Below are positions 1-9,062 of a DNA stretch of 64,000 nucleotides, one piece after another (position 1 is the stretch's first letter; each line of letters starts with the position of its first letter). Location of the stretch: assembly GCA_031425695.1 (NCBI GenBank), contig JANPJV010000301.1, positions 5,862-69,861 of the forward strand, given 5' to 3'. The notes under the pieces are model-generated. The model was given only the letters and a program-made list of their open reading frames with translations, ran no database searches and had not been told where the DNA came from. The translations under genes and the position numbers were made by a program. Source of the DNA: Rhodanobacteraceae bacterium (lineage in GTDB: Bacteria > Pseudomonadota > Gammaproteobacteria > Xanthomonadales > SZUA-5).

Positions 1-964
1 GCTCAGCAAGGTGCTGGCCAATGTCGAGATCGCGATCTTTGCGCTCGACGACCAGCGCCGGCTGATTCTGATCAACGCGGCCGGTGAACGCCTGCTCGCC
101 CGGCGCGCCAGCGCTGCACTTGGACGCAGCGCCCACGAGCTCGGGCTCGATGCGTGCTGCGACACGGAAACGCCGGCGACGCTGAAGACCGCGTTCCCGG
201 GCGGCGCCGGCAGCTTCGACTTGCGCCGTGCAATCTTTCGCCAGGGCGGTCGCCCACACGAGCTGATCGCAGTCACCGATCTCTCGCGCGCGCTGCGCGA
301 GGAGGAGCGGCAAGCCTGGCAGCGGCTGATCCGGGTGCTCGGCCATGAGCTCAACAATTCACTGGCACCGATTCGTTCGATGGCGGCCACCATCTCGACC
401 ATGATCGCGCGCCAGCCACCGCCGGAAGACTGGCGCGAGGACGTGCTCGGCGGGCTCGCGGTGATTGGCGACCGGGCCGAATCATTGACCCGTTTCATGT
501 CCGCCTACACCCGCTTGGCGCGGCTTCCCGCACCGAACAAGCGCGCCGTCTCGCTGGCGGCGGTGGTGCGCCGCGCTGCGCGCCTGGAGCAGCGGCGCCA
601 GGTCGAGATTGGCGAGCTGCCGCCGGTCCAGATCCAGGCCGACGCCGACCAGATCGAGCAGGCACTGATCAACCTGATCAAGAACGCTGCCGAGGCCTCG
701 ATCGAAACCGGCGGTCGGCAGGTCAGCGTCGAGATGCGCGTCGGCGACGAGGACGTCGTGATCGAGATCAAGGACGACGGCCCGGGCCTGTCCAAGACCG
801 AAAACCTGTTCGTTCCCTTCTTCACCACCAAGCCCGGCGGCAGCGGTGTCGGCCTGGTGCTGGCGCGCCAGATCGTCGAGAACCATGGCGGGCAACTGAC
901 CCTGCTCGACCGCGTCGACGCGAGTGGCTGCGTCGTCAGCCTGGTGCTGCCGCTGGCCGCTTGA
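1..964 (+). CDS. Sensor histidine kinase, C-terminal part (5' end outside window)
   Basis: H-box 'GHELNNSLAPI' (HisKA). HATPase_c N/G boxes 'LINLIKNAAEA', 'DDGPGL', 'GGSGVGL'. The frame is open to the window edge. Confidence 0.85.
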   Translation, partial: LSKVLANVEIAIFALDDQRRLILINAAGERLLARRASAALGRSAHELGLDACCDTETPATLKTAFPGGAGSFDLRRAIFRQGGRPHELIAVTDLSRALREEERQAWQRLIRVLGHELNNSLAPIRSMAATISTMIARQPPPEDWREDVLGGLAVIGDRAESLTRFMSAYTRLARLPAPNKRAVSLAAVVRRAARLEQRRQVEIGELPPVQIQADADQIEQALINLIKNAAEASIETGGRQVSVEMRVGDEDVVIEIKDDGPGLSKTENLFVPFFTTKPGGSGVGLVLARQIVENHGGQLTLLDRVDASGCVVSLVLPLAA

Positions 965-1007
965 GCGCGGTGCATACTCCGCTTTCCTTTTGCGAGAGGC
1001 TCGTCCA

Positions 1008-1601
1008 ATGCATAGCGCAATCAAATCGAGCGTGCTGCTCGGTGCCGCCCTGTTGCTGGCCGCGTGCGGATCCACCTCCAAGCTGGTTGCTACCGATACC
1101 GAATCGCAGAGCCTGGACCTGCGCGCGTACGAGCGCGTCGCCGTGCTCGATTTCACCAACGCAACCTCGCGCGAAATCAAGGACGAGGAAAAGCGAGCCG
1201 AGTACGCGGCACGGGTCACCGAGGCCGGCGTCAAGTTTGCTGATCTCATCGCCGGCGAAATGCGCGATCACAAGGCCGCGCCGGAGGTCCTTCGCGAGCA
1301 GCCTGAAGGCAAGGCACTCATCGTAAAGGGCGAAATCACCGAATACGTCCCCACCAATTTCGTGATTCGCTGGTTGCTGCCGATCGTCGGCGAGACGAAG
1401 TTCGACGCGGTCGTCCACTTCATCGATGCCGAAAGCGGGACGGAGCTCGGCACCATCCTGGTCGACAAGAATTCCTGGCCCCTCGGCGGCTGGGGCGCCA
1501 TCACGCAGACCGTCGATAGCCTCATGGGCCCCCCGGCCCAGAAGGTCGCCGAAGAGCTGGCCATCGCGCGCGGGGTGATGCAGCGGCCGGCGAAGAAGTA
1601 G
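1008..1601 (+). CDS. Lipoprotein of unknown function
   Basis: An internal ATG at 1008 gives 'MHSAIKSSVLLGAALLLAAC' (signal peptide plus lipobox LAAC). The upstream part of ORF 924 overlaps the kinase 3' end. Confidence 0.7.
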   Translation: MHSAIKSSVLLGAALLLAACGSTSKLVATDTESQSLDLRAYERVAVLDFTNATSREIKDEEKRAEYAARVTEAGVKFADLIAGEMRDHKAAPEVLREQPEGKALIVKGEITEYVPTNFVIRWLLPIVGETKFDAVVHFIDAESGTELGTILVDKNSWPLGGWGAITQTVDSLMGPPAQKVAEELAIARGVMQRPAKK

Positions 1602-1603
1602 CG

Positions 1604-1679
1604 GGTTTCGGTGTCGGTTCTCGGTGTCGGAAGGGCGTGAGCCCTGCATTTTCCGAAACCGAAACCGACAACCGAAACC
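1604..1679. terminator. Long imperfect inverted repeat between convergent genes (putative bidirectional terminator)
   Basis: Arms of about 27 nt built from GGTTTCGG-type units (1604-1630 versus 1653-1679). An inner AGGGC-GTGA-GCCCT hairpin sits between the lipoprotein stop (1601) and the gmk stop (1685). Confidence 0.5.
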
Positions 1680-1684
1680 ACGCT

Positions 1685-2344
1685 TCAGGCCAGCAGCTGC
1701 GCCAGCAACGCCGCCTGGCGCGGGCCCTGGTTGCGGATCGACAGGCGCACGCCGCGGACGATGCAGGCCAGGTCCTGATGGGCGTCGTCGAAACGGTCGT
1801 TGACCACCAGGTAATCGAACTCGTGCGCATGCGCCATCTCGCCGCGCGCGTTGGCGATTCGCCGCGCGATGACTTCCGGTGAATCCTGGCCGCGTGCCTT
1901 GAGGCGCTCGAGCAGGGCCTCGCGCGAAGGTGGCAGGATGAAGATCAGCAAGCAGGCCGGGAAGCGCTCCCGAATCTGCCGCGCGCCCTGCCAGTCGATT
2001 TCGAGGATCACATCCCGGCCGGCCGCGAACGCCGCGTCGACCTGATCCCGGCAAGTGCCGTAGAAATTGCCGTGGACTTCGGCGTGCTCGAGCAGGCGAT
2101 TGCCCGCGATCAACGCGCGAAAACTGTCGACGGTCGTGAAGTGGTAATGCTCGCCATCGACCTCGCCGGGGCGTGGCTGACGCGTGGTATGGGAAACCGA
2201 AACCATGAGCCGCGAGTCAGAGGCGACCAACGCCCGCACCAGGCTGGTCTTGCCCGCGCCTGAGGGCGCCGCGATCACGAACAGATTGCCAGCAGCGTGA
2301 TTCGGCACGCCGTGATCGACGGCGAGGTTGGTCGCGCCGGTCAT
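1685..2344 (-). CDS. gmk: Guanylate kinase
   Basis: P-loop 'APSGAGKTSL' and 'SHTTRQPRPGEVDGEHYHF', typical of Gmk. Start chosen at the internal ATG (2344) that gives a normal length of about 219 aa. Confidence 0.9.
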   Translation of the reverse strand: MTGATNLAVDHGVPNHAAGNLFVIAAPSGAGKTSLVRALVASDSRLMVSVSHTTRQPRPGEVDGEHYHFTTVDSFRALIAGNRLLEHAEVHGNFYGTCRDQVDAAFAAGRDVILEIDWQGARQIRERFPACLLIFILPPSREALLERLKARGQDSPEVIARRIANARGEMAHAHEFDYLVVNDRFDDAHQDLACIVRGVRLSIRNQGPRQAALLAQLLA

Positions 2345-2723
2345 GCGACCGGGATCGCTGCAGATGGCTGGGTGACCGCCATGGGTGATTGTCCAGAAGC
2401 CAGCAAGGCGCGGACGGCTGAGTCTAGCGGGTTCGGCCCGAGCACGCTGCCGAAGTGCGACTGCCAACCGAATCCTGAACTACGCAGCGCATCCAGGGCG
2501 GAGTCACGAGACTGCCCCCGGGTGCGCCTCCGGCGTACCGGGCGACAGAGAGTGACAAGCCGCCCGTTCCAATTGATTTGCCGGCGCAGACCTTTTGCTT
2601 GAGCGTAATCGATATTGTCGAGCTCGCCGGACGATGACCACCAACCCATCTATTCACACCTGCGGCATCGTTCGACGGCCTGCCTGAGAAACCACCGCGC
2701 AAATCCGAAAAGGGTGCACGTCC

Positions 2724-5700
2724 ATGATCCGATCCACGCTCCGGCTACTTCGCAGCGGCTTGATCTCCTTGTCGCTGTTTTCGGTTTGCGGCAGCGCAGT
2801 CGCGCAGGTGACCATCCTCAATCCGGGTTTCGAGGCACCAGCCTTTGGGCCTGGAGGCTGGAGCTACAATCCCGGCGGGTCCAGCTGGACGCACGGATCA
2901 AGCACCGGAATCGCCAGCAACGGCTCACCCTGGTACGTCAACCCGGCGCCACAGGGCACGCAGGCTGCTTTCTTGCAGGTCGCTCATGTGACCAACTCGG
3001 TCATGTCCCAGGTCATCAACCTGCCGAGCGCTGGCAACTACGAGATCCGGTTTTTCCTGGTGCGACGAGCTGCGGCCTATCCGGCCAACGACGTTGCCGT
3101 GCGCATGAACGGGGTCACGCTTACCACGATCATGAATACGGCGCAGCCGGATGATACCTGGCGCGAGTTCGTGGTCCCTTATACGGCGGCAGCGGCGGGC
3201 AACCATACGCTGGCATTTGCCGGAACGCGCTGCTGCGCAGATTTCGACTCGGCGCTGGACAACGTCCGCATCAATGCATTGACCCAGGCGTCCACCACCA
3301 GCATCACCGCCGCTACGCCGGACCCGTCGGTAATCGGCCAGGCGGTCACCATCAATGTTCAGGTAGACGGTGCCACGTCGGCGCCTGCCGATGGCCAGGT
3401 AGCCGTGAGCGCCAGCACCGGTGAGAGCTGCACCGACCTGACCGCTACCGCCGGTCCCGGAACTGCTTCTTTTTTCAGCTGCTCCATCACTTTCGCCAGC
3501 GCTGGCCCACGCAACCTGACGGCGAACTTTTCGGCGTCCGCAACCCACAGCGCGAGCGCATCGGCTATCGAGCCGCATTCGGTGTCGGCGACGCCGATCG
3601 TGACCAGCACCACCATCTCCTTCATTACGCCCGCAGGCAGCCAGACCATCGGCATCCCCTACGCGGTCTCAGTCGCAGTGAACGGTGCCGCGCCGACCGG
3701 CACCGTCGCGGTGAATGATGGCGACGGCAACAGCTGCACCATTGCCTTACCGGGCAGCAACTGCTCGTTGACCAGCACGTCGGTCGGGCCGAAGACGATC
3801 TCCGCGAGCTACGGTGGCGATGCGTTCAATACTGCGTCCGCAGATAACGAGCCGTACGCGATCACGTCGAACGCGAACCAGTCGGGTGGCCTCCAAGTGG
3901 GCACGATCACGCTGCCCGCCACCGCCGCGGCGCCGGCTGTCAATCCGCTGACGACGGTAGCCTTCGCTCAGCCCTTCAACTCGATTCCGGTGGTGGTGGT
4001 CCAGACCTCCGACGAGGATTCGGCCAACCCGAAGGCCCTGCGCATCCGCAACGTCACGACGACCGGGTTCCAGGTGCTGCAAGTGCAGGCGCCGTGTCCG
4101 GGCTGCACGGGCGCGGGCAGTTCGATGACGGTGCATTGGCTGGCGGCGATGCCGGGCACTTATCGACTGGAGCAGGACACTGCGGTGTCGGCGTGGGCGC
4201 CACTGGCGCCGCGCGGCTCCGGCCCGGGAGCGTTACTCAAGGTCGGTGCGGTCACCACGACGGCGACCCAGCGCAGTACTGTTCCGGGCGGGTTCGGCGG
4301 GTGGCCGGCGCGTAGCTGGGACAGCGTCATCTGGCCGGTGCTGGGCGGCGGACTGGATTTTGCTGCGTCGCCAGTGGTGCTGACGACGATCCAGAGCTGG
4401 AACAACGAAGGCACCAACCTGACGGCGGGCGGTTTGACCGGCCCGTCGCAACCTTGGGCGACCAGCGTAACCAATGCGGCTACGGCGACCGGGTTCCAGT
4501 TTGCGATCGAGGCTTCCGAGGTGACTGACGACGACCTGGCTCCGCCAGGCTTCGCATCCGGCGAGAGTATCGGCTACGTCGCAATGGAGCCGGGTGCGTC
4601 GCAGCTGCTGGTGCCGCTCGGTGGCCCGCCGAACGTCGGCATGATCACCGCCCTGGCGACGGCCGCGCGCGGATCCTGCACGTCGAACATGAACAACTTT
4701 CCGGCGGCAACGTCGATCAATCCGCCGGACTTCCTCGGATTTGTCAGCAAGCAGTCGCGGGCGATCGAAGATGGTGGCTGGTTGCGCCGCTGCGCCCTGT
4801 CGAGCGGTGGTGGCACGGCGGTCATCGTCGGCGCGCGGGTCGAGGATGACAATGCCTTCGACCCGATTGCGCCGCCAGCCAATGCCAAGGGGGGTGGTGG
4901 CGGACCGCCTGATACCAGCGGCATCGTCGCCTTCAGCGGCGGCTTCACCACCACGCCGGTGACGCTGGCGAAGCTGTCGGTGAGCCGCATCGGCAGTGCG
5001 CTCGATGTGCAGTTTTCCACTGCCACCGAAAGCGCCCAGCTCGGCTTCCGGGTCTGGGGCCGCAGCGCTCCGAATGGTGACTGGGCCTTGCTGAGCCCGG
5101 ACCTGATCGGCAGCAGCGCTGAAGGCCATGAGCTGAAGCGCTATGCGCGCCGCATCGAAGCCGCGGGCGGCATCACCGAGGTTCGCCTCGAGGACATCGA
5201 TGTGCTCGGCGCCAGCCGCTTCCACCTGCCGGTGGCGGTCGGCAGCACGCGCGGCGAGGATCCAATCGCGGCGCCGATCAACTGGGCCGCCATCCAGGCG
5301 GACAATGCCGCCAACCCGGCGCGTGCAGCACGTATTTCCGAGAACGCCAGCGCACTTGCGCAGGTCAAGCAGAGTGGCGTGCAACGCGTCGATGTGGCAG
5401 CACTGATCTCGACCGACGCCCGTTTTGCTGGCATCAGTGCCGACCAACTCGCGGTTCGCGATGGCAGCACGCCGATCGCTCGCCATGTCTCCTGTGCCAA
5501 CCTCCAGGCGGGTTGTTTCGTCGAGTTCCTGGGTACTGCGCGCACGTCGCTGTATGGCGCCGAGAACGCCTACACGCTGACTTTGGCAGCAGCCGATGCG
5601 CGCATCGTGGGCAGTGGCCACGCGCTCGTCGGCAGCGGCACGCCGCGCAACTTCACCGACACCTTCGTCCACGCGCCGAACCTGCTCTACAGCGCCAGTT

Positions 5701-7421
5701 CGCCAGCGCAGGATCCCTGGTATGACGCGCGCATTGTTGCCAATGGCGCGCCAGGGTCGCTCACGCGCAGCTTCACGCTGGCCGAGCGGGTTGCCGGACC
5801 GGTACAGCTCAGCCTCGACGTCTGGGGCGGGATCGATTTCCCGGATCCGGCGCCTGACCATCACCTGATCGTGCGCGTGAACGGCCAGCAGGTCGCCGAG
5901 CGCAGCTTCGATGGCCTCACCGCCGAGCGCATCGAGGTGGCGATCCCGGAGAACCTGCTCGTCGCAAACAACACGCTGGAGTTGGTGCTGCCGCGCGATA
6001 CCGGGTATGTCGCCGATATGATCCTGCTCGACCGCTTCAGCGTCAGCTATGCGCGACGCTCGCGGGTGAGTGGCGGCGAGCTCGCACAAGGCACTATCGA
6101 CCCGGCGACGAGCAATGTCGGCGGCGAGTTTGCCGATGGCTTCGAGTCGACGCTGCCGGCCCCCGGCCCGACGTTCCAGATCGATGGCCAGGCTGCGGGC
6201 GCGGTGCTCTGGAGCGTGGTCGACGGCGAGCTCCGCCGCGACACCCTCGGCGCCGGCCCGGTGTTGCTGCCGGCGCTAAGCACGCAGTGGCGCCTGGCCG
6301 ATCCAGGATCAGTGCGCGCGCCGATGCTGACCAGCGCCACCGATGCCTACAGCCTGCCGGCGCAGCTCGATTATCTGGTGATCACGCACCCGCAGTTCGA
6401 GAGCGGTTTGCAGCCGGTGCTCGACCTGCAGGCAGCCCGCGGGTTGACCACCGCGGTCCTGCGTACGGATGAGATCTACGCCACCCACAGCGACCACGCT
6501 CGTGATCCGGCGGCGATCGAGGCGGCGATTGCCGCGGCGGCGCAGCGGGGCGCGCGCTTCGTGCTGCTGGTCGGCGGCGACAGCTACGATTACCACGACT
6601 ATCTCGGCAGTGGCAGCGTGAGCTTCGTGCCGACCTGGTACACAGCAGCGAGCCAGGTGATCTTCCACGCGCCTACCGACAATCCATCCGCCGACTTCAA
6701 TGGCGATGGCCGTCCCGAAGTGGCGCTCGGCCGGTTGCCGGTGCGTACACTGGCCGAACTGCAGCGCGCGGTGGCGTCCATGGTCAGTCGCGGCGACAGT
6801 ATCGCCAGCCGTTACCTGGCGGTCGCCGGCGCCTCGCAGCCCGGTGAGCTCTTCGGACTGCACAGCCGCACGATCCTGAGCCACCTGCGCCAGCCGGGGC
6901 AGAGCAAGGCCTACGGACTGGTCGACGAAATCGGCACGACCGCCGCCCGCGCCATTGCACGCGACGGCCTTGCCGGCAACGCCGACTGGGTGAACTACCT
7001 CGGCCACTCCAGCCCGAACCGCTGGGCCTTCGACAACCTGCTCGACACCAGCCAGCTGGCTTCAATCACGCGTACCGGCGTGCCTGCGGTCGTCAGTCAA
7101 TGGGGCTGCTGGAACAACGCCTTCGCGCTGCCGACGCAGGACACCATGGCCCATGCGCTGATGCTGCGTGCCAACCCGCTGGCGGCGACCGTGATCGGTG
7201 CCTCCAGCCTGGTCGAGGACGCCAGCCTGCTGGCGCTGGCCACGCGCTTCTTCGACATCGTGGAAGACGGTCGCCTGCACGACTGGGGCGGCGCCCCGAC
7301 GCGGACGATCGGCGAAGCCATGCGTGAGGCCAAGCGCGACCTCATCGAGACCGAGCCCGCGCACCGCAACGCCGCCGACAGCATCCAGCTGTTCGGCGAC
7401 CCGGCATCGCCGGTGCTGTGA
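2724..7421 (+). CDS. Secreted 1565-aa multidomain protein with a C-terminal peptidase C25 (gingipain-like) domain
   Basis: Signal peptide 'MIRSTLRLLRSGLISLSLFSVCGSAVA'. N-terminal CBM/DUF642-like module. Ig-like repeats ('TSITAATPDPSVIGQAVTINV', 'TTISFITPAG'). Two H-type-lectin-like modules. C25 hallmarks 'YLVITHPQF', 'FVLLVGGDSYDY', 'DFNGDGRPEVALGRLPV', 'YLGHSSPNRW' (His) and 'VSQWGCWNN' (Cys). Confidence 0.8.
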   Translation: MIRSTLRLLRSGLISLSLFSVCGSAVAQVTILNPGFEAPAFGPGGWSYNPGGSSWTHGSSTGIASNGSPWYVNPAPQGTQAAFLQVAHVTNSVMSQVINLPSAGNYEIRFFLVRRAAAYPANDVAVRMNGVTLTTIMNTAQPDDTWREFVVPYTAAAAGNHTLAFAGTRCCADFDSALDNVRINALTQASTTSITAATPDPSVIGQAVTINVQVDGATSAPADGQVAVSASTGESCTDLTATAGPGTASFFSCSITFASAGPRNLTANFSASATHSASASAIEPHSVSATPIVTSTTISFITPAGSQTIGIPYAVSVAVNGAAPTGTVAVNDGDGNSCTIALPGSNCSLTSTSVGPKTISASYGGDAFNTASADNEPYAITSNANQSGGLQVGTITLPATAAAPAVNPLTTVAFAQPFNSIPVVVVQTSDEDSANPKALRIRNVTTTGFQVLQVQAPCPGCTGAGSSMTVHWLAAMPGTYRLEQDTAVSAWAPLAPRGSGPGALLKVGAVTTTATQRSTVPGGFGGWPARSWDSVIWPVLGGGLDFAASPVVLTTIQSWNNEGTNLTAGGLTGPSQPWATSVTNAATATGFQFAIEASEVTDDDLAPPGFASGESIGYVAMEPGASQLLVPLGGPPNVGMITALATAARGSCTSNMNNFPAATSINPPDFLGFVSKQSRAIEDGGWLRRCALSSGGGTAVIVGARVEDDNAFDPIAPPANAKGGGGGPPDTSGIVAFSGGFTTTPVTLAKLSVSRIGSALDVQFSTATESAQLGFRVWGRSAPNGDWALLSPDLIGSSAEGHELKRYARRIEAAGGITEVRLEDIDVLGASRFHLPVAVGSTRGEDPIAAPINWAAIQADNAANPARAARISENASALAQVKQSGVQRVDVAALISTDARFAGISADQLAVRDGSTPIARHVSCANLQAGCFVEFLGTARTSLYGAENAYTLTLAAADARIVGSGHALVGSGTPRNFTDTFVHAPNLLYSASSPAQDPWYDARIVANGAPGSLTRSFTLAERVAGPVQLSLDVWGGIDFPDPAPDHHLIVRVNGQQVAERSFDGLTAERIEVAIPENLLVANNTLELVLPRDTGYVADMILLDRFSVSYARRSRVSGGELAQGTIDPATSNVGGEFADGFESTLPAPGPTFQIDGQAAGAVLWSVVDGELRRDTLGAGPVLLPALSTQWRLADPGSVRAPMLTSATDAYSLPAQLDYLVITHPQFESGLQPVLDLQAARGLTTAVLRTDEIYATHSDHARDPAAIEAAIAAAAQRGARFVLLVGGDSYDYHDYLGSGSVSFVPTWYTAASQVIFHAPTDNPSADFNGDGRPEVALGRLPVRTLAELQRAVASMVSRGDSIASRYLAVAGASQPGELFGLHSRTILSHLRQPGQSKAYGLVDEIGTTAARAIARDGLAGNADWVNYLGHSSPNRWAFDNLLDTSQLASITRTGVPAVVSQWGCWNNAFALPTQDTMAHALMLRANPLAATVIGASSLVEDASLLALATRFFDIVEDGRLHDWGGAPTRTIGEAMREAKRDLIETEPAHRNAADSIQLFGDPASPVL

Positions 7422-7429
7422 CGCTCCTG

Positions 7430-7458
7430 GGAGGGCGGCGCTCCTGCGCCGCCGCTCT
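7430..7458 (+). repeat. GC hairpin repeat (family 4) just after a stop codon; terminator-like
   Basis: 'GGAGGGCGGCGCTCCTGCGCCGCCGCTCT' has an 8-bp perfect stem GGCGGCGC/GCGCCGCC. An identical 29-mer recurs at 19176-19204. Confidence 0.7.
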
Positions 7459-7670
7459 CGTGCCAGCCAGAGGTAGCGCGGTTCTGTGCGCGCGCAGGGT
7501 CGAGCCTGTCGCGCGCAGCGGATCGCGCCAGCGGCCGCGATCCGCTACGTAGCCAGGGCCGGGCGCCTTGCGCTCGATAAGCTGGTACCCAAATCCCGGG
7601 TTTGCGGGCGCATGGGACCCAGCCTACTCCACGCGCGAAGTTTCCCGGTCAGGTCACCTGTTTCGATTCC

Positions 7671-9062
7671 CTACCAGTCCAGCTGACAGGCAATGCTGAG
7701 CATGATCAACGCCAGCACCGCGTACATCAACTGCAATGGAATCATCCACTTGGCCCATGTGGCCCAGGGGATCCGGGCCAGCGAGAGGACGCCGATGGTG
7801 ATCCCGGAGGTCGGGATCACGGAGGTGCTGAGTTCGCCGAGCTGGAAGGCCAGGACCGCAGTCTGGCGGGAAACGCCGACCAGGTCGGACAGCGGCGCCA
7901 TGATCGGCATGGTCAGCGCGGCCTGGCCGGTGCCGGAGTGGATGAAGAAATTGATCACCGACTGGATCACGAACATCTTGTGCGCGGCAAACACGGGATT
8001 CGACGAGGCCACCAGCGGGGTCAGGCCATGCAGCATGGTGTCGATGATGTTGGCATCCCGCGCGATGATCATGGTGGCGCGTGCCAGGGCGATCACCAGT
8101 GCCGTGGTGACGAGATCCTTCGCGCCCTGCAGGAAGGCAGCGACGAATTCATCTGCGCTCAAACGCCCGACTACGCCGACGCTGATCGCCATGACCAGGA
8201 ACAGGGCGGCGATTTCTTCGATGAACCAGCCGTACTTGACCACGCCAACCACCATGGTGACCAAGGTCGCCACGAACAGCAGCAGTACCAGCTTGTGCAC
8301 GCCGGTCATGCCGGCAAACTCGGCCAGGTCATCGTGCGGCGCCTCGAGCCGACGCTCCTGGTCGAGGGCGTAGGTCGGGCTCGCCTGCGGGTCGCGCTTG
8401 ATGCGTGCCGCATAGCGCATCAGGAAGACGATGGTCAGCGCGGTGCAGGCCGCCCACACGATCAGCCGAAAGCCAATCCCGGAGAACACTGGGACACCGG
8501 CAATGCCCTGGGCCACGCCGACGTTGAACGGATTCAAGAAGGCGGCGGCAAAACCGACCTGCGAGCCCACGAAGGGAATCGAAACGCCGATGATCGAGTC
8601 GTAGCCGAGCGCCAGCGCCAGCGGAATGAAGATGAGCACGAAGGGGATGGCCTCTTCAGCCATGCCAAAGGTGGCGCCGCCGAGCGAAAACAGGGTCACG
8701 AACACCGGGATCACCAGCATTCGCACCAGCGCCGAATGCGTATGCGCCTTAGCCACGGTCTTGATGAGCGCATCGATCGCCTGCGTCTTCTGCAGCACCG
8801 CGAAGGCACCACCCACGATCAGGATGAAGCCGATGATCAGCGCCGCTTCGACGAAGCCCTTGATCGGCGAAAGCATCAGCGCAACGAAGCCCTGCGGGTT
8901 GCTCGCCACGTAATGGAAGGTGTCCGGATTGATGACCTGGCGGCCATTCACCAGATGGGTGTCGTACTTGCCGCCGGGGACCACCCAGGTCGCCGCCGCG
9001 ATCAGGGCCAGCAGCCCGAACAGCAGCACGAAGGTATTGGGCATTCGCAATTGCAGGCGCAT
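7671..9062 (-). CDS. YfcC-family membrane transporter (putative basic amino acid/peptide carrier)
   Basis: Polytopic membrane protein. N-terminus 'MPNTFVLLFGLLALIAAATWVVPGGKYD' and overall pattern are typical of YfcC/DcuC-fold carriers. TGATG overlap with the upstream astA paralog. Confidence 0.75.
   Translation of the reverse strand: MRLQLRMPNTFVLLFGLLALIAAATWVVPGGKYDTHLVNGRQVINPDTFHYVASNPQGFVALMLSPIKGFVEAALIIGFILIVGGAFAVLQKTQAIDALIKTVAKAHTHSALVRMLVIPVFVTLFSLGGATFGMAEEAIPFVLIFIPLALALGYDSIIGVSIPFVGSQVGFAAAFLNPFNVGVAQGIAGVPVFSGIGFRLIVWAACTALTIVFLMRYAARIKRDPQASPTYALDQERRLEAPHDDLAEFAGMTGVHKLVLLLFVATLVTMVVGVVKYGWFIEEIAALFLVMAISVGVVGRLSADEFVAAFLQGAKDLVTTALVIALARATMIIARDANIIDTMLHGLTPLVASSNPVFAAHKMFVIQSVINFFIHSGTGQAALTMPIMAPLSDLVGVSRQTAVLAFQLGELSTSVIPTSGITIGVLSLARIPWATWAKWMIPLQLMYAVLALIMLSIACQLDW

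Noticed and set aside
924-1007. N-terminal extension of the lipoprotein ORF
   Set aside because: It overlaps the kinase 3' end. The internal ATG at 1008 yields a canonical signal peptide and lipobox.
4233-6089. 618-aa minus-strand ORF inside the 1565-aa gene
   Set aside because: Antisense shadow ORF. It is Arg/Ala-rich with no domain signatures, while the plus-strand frame has clear domains.
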